From positions 6,426-70,425 of the forward strand of contig CBDDAB010000016.1 of assembly GCA_965224685.1 (NCBI GenBank): DNA of 64,000 bases, written 5' to 3'. The stretch's first letter is position 1, and each line of letters starts with the position of its first letter. Positions 54,456 to 61,339 of this stretch are shown in pieces. This DNA comes from Verrucomicrobiales bacterium. GTDB taxonomy: Bacteria; Verrucomicrobiota; Verrucomicrobiia; Verrucomicrobiales; DEV007. The translations under genes were made by a program, and so were the position numbers. Under the pieces are notes generated by a model. It worked only from the letters and a program-made list of their open reading frames with translations. It did no database searches and was not told the origin of the DNA.

Positions 54456-55783
54456 GTTCTTCTGTCAGAAAAAGTGGTCCTCCGTCAGGTTTGCTGGATG
54501 GATAGCTGCCGAAATTTGAGCCACGCATAGTTAATGTCGGTAATGCCACATGCTCTGTGGATGACCCGAGAGACAAGGTTGTTGAATCCTTCAATAGGGC
54601 CGGAAGTAATGCGGTGTTTGCAATAGGCCACGATCTTATCGGCTTGTTCGCGAAAGCTTTTCGCTAGTCGTTCAAAGGCAGGCAGCTCACTCGCCGCTGC
54701 AAGCTCACACCATTGCATGAGCGCCTTCTTGGCCCAGCCAGGGTGGCGATAGACATGAATGGTGCGAAACTGTTCTTTGAGTAAATAGGCCGTGGAAATG
54801 GCCTCGTTGGTGTCCTGAAGTTTTGAGAGGCGGACACTACCTTTCTCATCGAGATTTTCTTCATTGGCTAACAAGATATACCGGCTGCCTTTGATCAATG
54901 TCTTCTGTTCCTTCTTCGCTTTGCGCCACTCCTGCCTCCGCACTTCATCTACGGCAGCGTTGAGATTCAGCCGCAGATGGAAATGATCGTAGACCACGGC
55001 TGCTTGAGGTATTTGATCGTTGACGACGCTTTGGTAGGCACCTGCACGATCTATACATACCGCTTCAATCGAAACTCTTTGCGTGTGCGTTAGTTTCTCG
55101 AAGAAGCTCTCCAGACTCGCTTTCTTCTTACCTTCGGCCATGTGCAGTAGCTCACCGGTATCGCCATTGATCACAAAGGTGACATAGCCATGCCTTTTGC
55201 GAATGGATTTCTCGTCAATGAGTAAGACACGAAGATCATCGAAGTTTGGTGCCGGCAGATCTTTCTCAAGCACCGCCTTGTCGTAACGCCTCACTGTCGA
55301 CTCACTGATCTCCATCATCTCGGCGATGGCGGTTGCAGGGGTGTGCCGAGCCATCTCGCTGATACGCCGCATGAGACGCCACGTGGCATCTTTGGTCGGA
55401 TGAACTTCCTTAGGACGAGTGGTGAAGAAGAATTGGCAACGGCGGCAGAGGCCTTGCACCACTGGGAAGGTGAGATAAACGACGAGGCCACTGGCTATAG
55501 GGAGGTCAGCGACACACTGCTTGCCACAGCGGTGCCGAGGAAGACGATTGCCGCAGTTGGGACATCGAGGACCGCAACGCTTATCGAATTCAAGGTCGAC
55601 TTGCGCACCGATCTTTCGACAGGTAATCTTGCTCACGACATACCCGTCGAAATCATATAAGGCTTTGATATTCAGGATCTTCATCAACCCGAATCTCAAG
55701 CTGATTACGGCGGGTTTGTCACGCCTCTTGCTAGAATCTCATCCAGCAAACCTGACGGAGAGCCGAAAAAGTCTTGGAAGAAC
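54456..55783 (-). mobile_element. ISL3-family insertion sequence (~1.33 kb) inserted into the 3' end of an orphan Rhs toxin cassette.
   Basis: ~44-bp terminal inverted repeats: 54456-54499 (gttcttctgtcagaaaaagtggtcctccgtcaggtttgctggat) versus the reverse complement of 55741-55783 (gttcttccaagactttttcggctctccgtcaggtttgctggat). They share an identical 20-mer core. The left repeat overlaps the transposase stop. Confidence 0.75.
54485..55699 (-). CDS. ISL3-family transposase.
   Basis: N-terminal zinc-finger Cys cluster (CPNCGNRLPRH...CRRCQ), HTH, and C-terminal GPIEGFNNLVSRVIHRACG as in the IS204/IS1001/IS1096/IS1165 (ISL3) family. Confidence 0.8.
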   Translation of the reverse strand: MRFGLMKILNIKALYDFDGYVVSKITCRKIGAQVDLEFDKRCGPRCPNCGNRLPRHRCGKQCVADLPIASGLVVYLTFPVVQGLCRRCQFFFTTRPKEVHPTKDATWRLMRRISEMARHTPATAIAEMMEISESTVRRYDKAVLEKDLPAPNFDDLRVLLIDEKSIRKRHGYVTFVINGDTGELLHMAEGKKKASLESFFEKLTHTQRVSIEAVCIDRAGAYQSVVNDQIPQAAVVYDHFHLRLNLNAAVDEVRRQEWRKAKKEQKTLIKGSRYILLANEENLDEKGSVRLSKLQDTNEAISTAYLLKEQFRTIHVYRHPGWAKKALMQWCELAAASELPAFERLAKSFREQADKIVAYCKHRITSGPIEGFNNLVSRVIHRACGITDINYAWLKFRQLSIQQT

Positions 55784-56190
55784 TTTATTTTCTTTCGCGA
55801 CCTTAAAAATCTCCGTTATATAACTTTTCGCTTCATCGGAAAGCATTCTATCTCGATAAGATCCAATCTCAATATGCCACTCGATTATTTCTCCCTTTTT
55901 TAGTTTTGGCTTTCTTTTGGCATATTCTGCCTTTGCCGCTTCAACGAAGTTCATCAAGTTTCGATCATGATATCCTGCAAGCCCTAGACGCCTGGCTTCC
56001 CTCACCGATACGCCATAATCTTTGCCGTGCTTCTTGGTATTACACCCCCCACTCACAACAATTTCGTTGAGTCCTAAGTAGTCCAAGCGATTTACAGGAT
56101 CATTTCCAACAGACCTGCACAAGTTCGATCCGCCGATTTCTCCAACGGGATCGCGAGATAGCCACTTAGACGACAGTATCAGCTACCGCG
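55739..56190 (-). CDS. Orphan Rhs C-terminal toxin cassette #2. It retains the Rhs core tail WLSRDPVGEIGGSNL...VGNDPVNRLDYLGL plus a ~110-aa toxin domain. Its 3' end is replaced by ISL3 repeat sequence.
   Basis: The in-frame translation upstream of the annotated Met gives ...KWLSRDPVGEIGGSNLCRSVGNDPVNRLDYLGL, the conserved end of the Rhs core. The last 14 codons (VLPRLFRLSVRFAG*) are encoded by the ISL3 terminal repeat. Confidence 0.65.
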
Positions 56191-56404
56191 AGAAAAAGAC
56201 CAATTCCCATGAAAAAAAAAGCGTCAAAAATGAAACCACAGCCAAACCTAGACTCACCACTGCGCATATAACCCATTTTACTCTTTTTGCAACAGGCCAA
56301 AACCAGAGCAACACCCAGATCAATATCAGGCAAAGGACACACAGTAAGCTTTGGTCCCAGATTACTATTTTGGGAATTTCAGAAAAACTCGGGAACAGAT
56401 CCAT
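56183..56404 (-). CDS. Small two-TM membrane protein, candidate immunity protein for orphan toxin #1.
   Basis: 73 aa with two hydrophobic helices. It lies directly downstream of the orphan CT #1 coding region on the same strand. AT-rich. Confidence 0.35.
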   Translation of the reverse strand: MDLFPSFSEIPKIVIWDQSLLCVLCLILIWVLLWFWPVAKRVKWVICAVVSLGLAVVSFLTLFFSWELVFFSR

Positions 56405-56433
56405 ATTCTATTTCTCACACTCTATTTCAAATT

Positions 56434-57308
56434 CTATCTCATGACGAAACGTCGGATAGCGATATCCCGTCTGTAGGTTGCCATATCGTAGGCATAACTG
56501 AAAACACGGCTGATTGTTTCTTTCCAACGTTCATCGGGTTTAGCCCATTCGTAAAGGTCGGCCAATTTCACCTTAAAAACACCTTTGCCATTCGCATTAT
56601 AACAACCAGACGCGGTCAATCGAGCCCCACCATATGCATATAACATGTTCTTATTATGTCCGCGATAGAGCCAGCGAATATTGGAATCATCTTTCACAGG
56701 CACAATATTTACAGTTCCATTTGGTTTAGAGCTTATCGCAATTTCCTTGCATATCTTTTCGCCACCATGTTTTATAACTTCTGCAATATCTATATCCGTG
56801 GGTTTATATGTCTGCTTTCTCAAATAAGCTTTCATCAAGTTTGCAGCGAACAAATATCCTCTTCGCTCCCATCTTCTGATAGTTATCAGGAGAACTTTAC
56901 GAGCCTTCTGTTCACTTGGCGGCGTACCCAAATGACCCCCAGGAGTACCCCTGGGCCCAATCCCGAGCACCTGATCCATTATAAAATCAGGTTTCATCCC
57001 TAGATAATCCCACCGATTCACCAGATCATTTCCAACGAACCATACAGATTCAACCCGCCTTCTTCGCCTATGGGATCTCTGGATAGCCAACATGGGATAC
57101 CCGACACGATCACCGTAACCGTTAGGCTGGTTTCCGGGCATGATTGCTGGGCTTCGAGGCCTTCTTGGCTAGCGGCTATGCTAGGAAGGCTTAAATTTTC
57201 GCTAGACGCGGTTTTTGAGATGGGAGCGAACTTGGCAGACAGCGGCCCGGCGGTTGCGAACAGGGCAACCGCTAGGGTGATCAAGACGTTGATCGGCCTC
57301 CAAGACAT
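56434..57308 (-). pseudogene. Orphan Rhs C-terminal toxin cassette #1, inactivated by a 1-nt deletion inside the conserved Rhs core tail.
   Basis: The frame of ORF 57018-57308 gives ...WLSRDPIGEEGGLNLYGSLEMIW*. The -1 frame continues FVGNDLVNRWDYLGM followed by a ~215-aa toxin domain (ORF 56434-57141). An intact junction would read GGLNLYGFVGNDLVN. The forward sequence ttccaacgaacc (~57043-57054) appears to have lost one A/T of a homopolymer. Confidence 0.7.
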
Positions 57309-57360
57309 GAGGTTACGCTAGCAGCCGGAAGCGGCTAAGGAAAGAAGCAACTGCGGCTTC

Positions 57361-57675
57361 TCAGAGGGCCAGCCAGAGCCGAACGACGTCCTCTACGTTG
57401 CTCAGGACCTCGGCGGGTGCTATGGCAAGGCGGCGGATGAAGTAGGAGACGTCGTCAGTGCTGATGGATTGGCCATCAAAGACGCCGGGCTTGAAGTTGC
57501 GGGCGCGGTGCTCGACTTCGAAGCGGGTTCCCCGAACGCTCGTCGTGCGCACGACGTAGGTCACGATGGCTTTCTCGTGATCCTCGTAATCGATGCTCAA
57601 GGCGAGCACTGGCCGCACTTTGCGGGCCATCCCGAGGTCGACGAGCCAGATTTCACCACGCTTAACATACTTCAT
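57361..57675 (-). CDS. PemK/MazF-family type II toxin (endoribonuclease).
   Basis: N-terminal KRGEIWLVDLG...RPVLALS, typical of the Kid/PemK/MazF fold. 104 aa. Confidence 0.7.
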   Translation of the reverse strand: MKYVKRGEIWLVDLGMARKVRPVLALSIDYEDHEKAIVTYVVRTTSVRGTRFEVEHRARNFKPGVFDGQSISTDDVSYFIRRLAIAPAEVLSNVEDVVRLWLAL

Positions 57676-57881
57676 GAAGCGGCTCGCTCCCCTTCCTCAT
57701 CGTCTCCGAGCCATTGGCTGCCTTCATCGCCTGCGGCGGCCTCTTCTTCGTCGTACATTTGGAAGAGCCGAACTGAGGAAGCTCTCTGGAAGGCCTGTTC
57801 TGATAGCCTTTCCAGCAGTTCGTCTCGCTGATCGTCCGGAAGTTTGGCAATCGCGGCTTCGATTTCGGTCACGGTGCTCAT
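57672..57881 (-). CDS. Putative antitoxin (addiction-module component), overlapping the toxin gene by 4 nt.
   Basis: Start taken at MSTVTEIEAAIAKLPDDQRDELLERL... It is small, with an acidic C-terminus. There is a 4-nt overlap with the toxin start. Confidence 0.45.
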   Translation of the reverse strand: MSTVTEIEAAIAKLPDDQRDELLERLSEQAFQRASSVRLFQMYDEEEAAAGDEGSQWLGDDEEGERAAS

Positions 57882-57954
57882 GCTTCTAAGGTATCGCTTG
57901 TCGGCTCGCTGTCGAGTGGCTTGCGAGGCTGCTCGGCGGGGAGCAGGCACCGGC

Positions 57955-58137
57955 GAGCGCAGCGCCATCATCTATTCGGTCATCGAAAGCTGTCGTCGTC
58001 GAGGGATCGATCCCCATACCTATCTAGCCGAGGTCCTAAAGCGGATCCCCGACGCCACGACCGGCGATATCAAAGAGCTGACCCCAGCCGGCTGGGCCAA
58101 AGCGCAGCAGGCCTCGCGTCTGCCAGCAGCCGCGTAA
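57955..58137 (+). pseudogene. IS66-family transposase (TnpC) C-terminal remnant.
   Basis: ...ERSAIIYSVIESCRRRGIDPHTYLAEVLKRIPDATTGDIKELTPAGW matches the conserved C-terminal tail of IS66 TnpC. There is no upstream transposase body. Confidence 0.6.
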
Positions 58138-58653
58138 CCAACCTCTGCACATCCCGTGCCACACCGCGGATTATCACTGGGGTGCTTCATAGACCGCTTA
58201 CGGCATGGCCGGCGCGGGTGGGCTGGCTGTTCCGGTAGGACAGACAGGCTGCCAGGCAGCGGCGGCGATGCGGGCGGTTGGGAGGTCGGTTAGGGCGCAA
58301 AGCCTGACTAAGCGCTGGCGCGCCTCCTCATAACTTGACACAACTCGCGGTAAGGTAACGTGGACGCCCGGCTGGGAGGGGCCCTCTGGGGGGGAACCAG
58401 ACGAGTAGGCGGCCACTTTGCCTTACCGCCGTTGTGTCATGGCTATGAAGCAGGGGGCGTGACAGCGCGTCGGGCGGGTGGTTGGAAGCGGTTGGAGAGC
58501 AGCGAACGTGACAGGTGTTAGACCGTTCCCGAGCTTGCGAGGGACGGGCTGCACCTAGCGCGGGCGCTGCGGGTTGGGGGTGGTTGGTGCGGAGCAGCTT
58601 TCTGGCATTTTGGTTACACCCAATCTCACTATCACCTCGTTTTCAATGTTCTG

Positions 58654-59079
58654 TCATAGCGAAGTCTTAGCGGCAATCACATCAACGTCCTTTAATTGTC
58701 CGTCCTCGACCTTGTAGAACGCCAGCACTTGAATCATCGCAAACTCGCCAGCCACATTCCCACCAACAACTTCGACCTCGTACACTCTATCGCAGTCATC
58801 TTGAGGGAAACCGTCCCGTGCGTTCACCTTTTTTCCATAAGTTGATTCAATATGCCGAACAATGCTCTCTTCGTCACTACTTCCGATCGCCAACTCTTTC
58901 AAAATTAGCTCCTTGAGTTCTTCCTGTAGTCGTTCAGACGGGCCTCCATTATATGTCTTCGCCAACGCCACGATCTCCGAGTTCACGGGTTTTTCCTTCT
59001 CTGAGCAGGAAAGGGATATAACACCAATATAAATTCCCACGAGTATTCTTCTGAGAGCGCTCATCATGGACAAAGTCAT
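58654..59079 (-). CDS. Putative lipoprotein of unknown function.
   Basis: Signal peptide with Cys (ILVGIYIGVISLSCSEKEK). 141 aa. It lies within the toxin/immunity locus, so it could be an immunity-type protein. Confidence 0.35.
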   Translation of the reverse strand: MTLSMMSALRRILVGIYIGVISLSCSEKEKPVNSEIVALAKTYNGGPSERLQEELKELILKELAIGSSDEESIVRHIESTYGKKVNARDGFPQDDCDRVYEVEVVGGNVAGEFAMIQVLAFYKVEDGQLKDVDVIAAKTSL

Positions 59080-59332
59080 CTTCTAGATTTGTATGCCATT
59101 TAGAATAACGTTATTCTGCCGACTGCTTTTTTATCGAGCGCTCCAACGGTAAGAGGTTGGAAAATCTTGACGAGGCTTCCGTCTCCCAGGATAATCACTG
59201 CTATTGATTTTTGAAGTATCATAACCGTTTTGATCAAGAATACTGATCACAAACGTGTTACCAAAACAATACAGGGACACGCATATTATATTAAAAAGCG
59301 TTGCAAACGCTAGAGTCAACGATTCGTTGGCG

Positions 59333-60352
59333 CTAACTCTCGCCGATCACTTCTTTTCGAAGATCTCTCATCACGCGGAGCTCTCCCCAATCTCCCCCTC
59401 TCATTCGTTTCGCCCCGCGCTTCCGTTTCCTTCCGAATAAGACGCGTTTCTGTTCGTAGATCCCCTCCACAAACCGCTCGCTCCCATAGACCAGACCATC
59501 CGTGAAATAACGCACCCGGCAGCGCAACAAAGTTGGCAAGCTCAGTTCCCCGCCCCGTTCGTTGACCTCTTGCAATGCTTTCTCACTCAGTTGGCGTTTC
59601 GGCCGCCCTTGCGTATCCACCGCACCTTCCGATCCCATTCCATAGAGCAGTTTGCGGTACTCGCGCGATACCACTCGCCAGTCACTTTCGCCAATCGCCA
59701 CTTTCAACCCAGCGCGCGCCCGTTGCCTCCCCGCCATCGCTTCGCCGTAGCCGCTCCAACGATAGTCTTTCGGGTCTTTCACGATCCCAGCACGCACTGC
59801 ATTCAAGTCGATGTAGGCCGCCACAGTTCGCAAAGCTTCGGGCGTGTTCTCTACTAACACGCTCTTAAACCTGTCCGCCCAGAACCGGCCAAAGGTTTGC
59901 CGCTGCTTGTTCCAGATCATGGCAAAGCGTTGTTTCACGATCTTCACATACTCCGAAACATCATGCATCCGCCGCTCATGCCGCGCACGCTCTTCAGCAT
60001 AGCGCGCTTCGGCCTTCTCCCGAATTTCCGCTTCATCATGCTTGCGTGCTGCTAACAAACTCCTCAAGTAACCCACCTCTTCTTTCCCATAGAGCGCGGC
60101 GACGCGTTTGAGAAAGTCTTCGTCGCTCAGTTCGGTGGGCGAATCCCCTGGGACCAAGAGTAAGGTATGCATGTGATTATCCAGCACCGTGTAGGTGAGG
60201 ACCTCACAACCGGAATAAAGAGCGGCCTGGCGCATGATCTCCACGAGACGTTCTTTGTCCTTGGCATTGAGATCGAACCGCCCGCGTCAGCAGCGATCGA
60301 TGATATGATAAACGGCGTTTTCCCCTGAGATCTTGATTCGTGATTCTCGCAT
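59333..60352 (-). pseudogene. IS200/IS605-like Y1 tyrosine transposase (RAYT-like) with an in-frame TGA stop near the N-terminus.
   Basis: Conserved HuH-like DNHMHTLLLVP, GRFWADRFKSVLVEN and AYIDLNAVRAGIVKDPKDYRWSGY. Upstream in frame: MRESRIKISGENAVYHIIDRC-TGA-RGRFDLNAKDKERLVEIMRQ... The stop is at 60287-60289. Confidence 0.7.
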
Positions 60353-60660
60353 AGTGGCTACCCGACCAGAGAAGGTGAAGACTGACAAGTTTTTTCTCTT
60401 ATAATCGGTCTGGCCCTATTAAATACTATTATAATTGGTCTGTCCCTATTAGATACTCCACGAGACGTTCTTTGTCCTTGGCATTGAGATCGAACCGCCC
60501 GCGTCAGCAGCGATCGATGATATGATAAACGGCGTTTTCCCCTGAGATCTTGATTCGTGATTCTCGCATAGTGGCTACCCGACCAGAGAAGGTGAAGACT
60601 GACAAGTTCTTTCTCTTATATTTGGTCTGTCCCTACTAAATAGTTCGAACTTCCTCGGTC
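60244..60660. repeat. Tandem duplication of a ~208-bp unit (two copies). It contains the 5' end of the RAYT-like gene plus three copies of a ~30-bp motif.
   Basis: 60244-60393 and 60452-60601 are near-identical (ccacgagacgttctttgtccttggcattgag...ctgacaagtt). The linker motif ttctcttataNtNggtctgNccctaNtaaatac occurs three times (about 60394-60430, 60431-60451, 60602-60640). Confidence 0.8.
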
Positions 60661-60679
60661 TCATGTCTACACAGTGTAG

Positions 60680-61333
60680 TTACCTTCGCCGCTGCCCTCG
60701 AACCACTTTCTTCTTTCTTTCCAAACCCTCTAAAACACTAGCATATTTTCTTTTTAAGATCTCGATTCCATCTTGCTTCTGTAATGGGATATTCCCGATC
60801 GCCTCCCAGTTTGCAGATTCAACATTTATTTCGTATAGTTTTTCCCGCCCTTTTCGCGCACCTATTTTTCTATCATACAGTTCCACAAATATGTCAGAAA
60901 ACATTTCTGGTGCCGGTTCTTCCAACTCAGAAACCTCGGCCATATAATTTGCGTCACTAAGAATGCTCTCAAACAATTCACTTGGTATTATCGCTACTTT
61001 ATCGGTGAACTCTAAAAAACCATCATTACCTAATGCCCCTCCCATCACCAAATAAGCACCATTATAGATTGGGTCTGTGAAAAGTTTGGAAACCCGTGTG
61101 TTATAGATCTTCCAGTATCCGACAAGCTCCTTCTTGCTTGCCTCCCCGAACCGCAAGTGTAAGCGGCGCCAGTGTTTATCCCAAGATCCATTAGAACTTG
61201 CCCAACTATCTTTTAATATATCATTGAATGACGAAACGTAAGACATTTCTTGCTGTAATCGTTGTTTTTCACCAGAACAACCAAATAGAATTGCGATCAC
61301 CAAAAAAATAACCATTCTTGACACTGATCTCAT
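60680..61333 (-). CDS. Lipoprotein, candidate cognate immunity protein of the main Rhs toxin (low-GC cassette).
   Basis: Lipobox MVIFLVIAILFGCSGEKQ. 217 aa. It starts 7 bp after the Rhs stop on the same strand. The cassette is ~40% GC. Confidence 0.45.
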   Translation of the reverse strand: MRSVSRMVIFLVIAILFGCSGEKQRLQQEMSYVSSFNDILKDSWASSNGSWDKHWRRLHLRFGEASKKELVGYWKIYNTRVSKLFTDPIYNGAYLVMGGALGNDGFLEFTDKVAIIPSELFESILSDANYMAEVSELEEPAPEMFSDIFVELYDRKIGARKGREKLYEINVESANWEAIGNIPLQKQDGIEILKRKYASVLEGLERKKKVVRGQRRR

Positions 61334-61339
61334 ATTTGG

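Noticed and set aside
58330-58440. Possible cobalamin riboswitch (contains ggcggccactttgcc, reminiscent of the B12 box GCCACTG).
   Set aside because: The other conserved cobalamin-riboswitch elements are not recognisable and no transport or biosynthesis gene follows. It was treated instead as a generic GC-rich inverted-repeat region, possibly an IS66 terminus.
59131-59319. 62-aa ORF in the AT-rich spacer between the lipoprotein gene and the RAYT pseudogene.
   Set aside because: It is short, low-complexity and AT-rich, consistent with intergenic sequence.
60287-60289. In-frame TGA in the RAYT-like transposase as a possible selenocysteine or readthrough codon.
   Set aside because: No SECIS-like hairpin is evident, and transposases are not selenoproteins. 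Pseudogenisation is far more likely.
60244-60660. Tandem repeats considered as a possible CRISPR array.
   Set aside because: The unit is ~208 bp with only two copies and contains coding sequence. There are no short regular repeat-spacer pattern and no cas genes.
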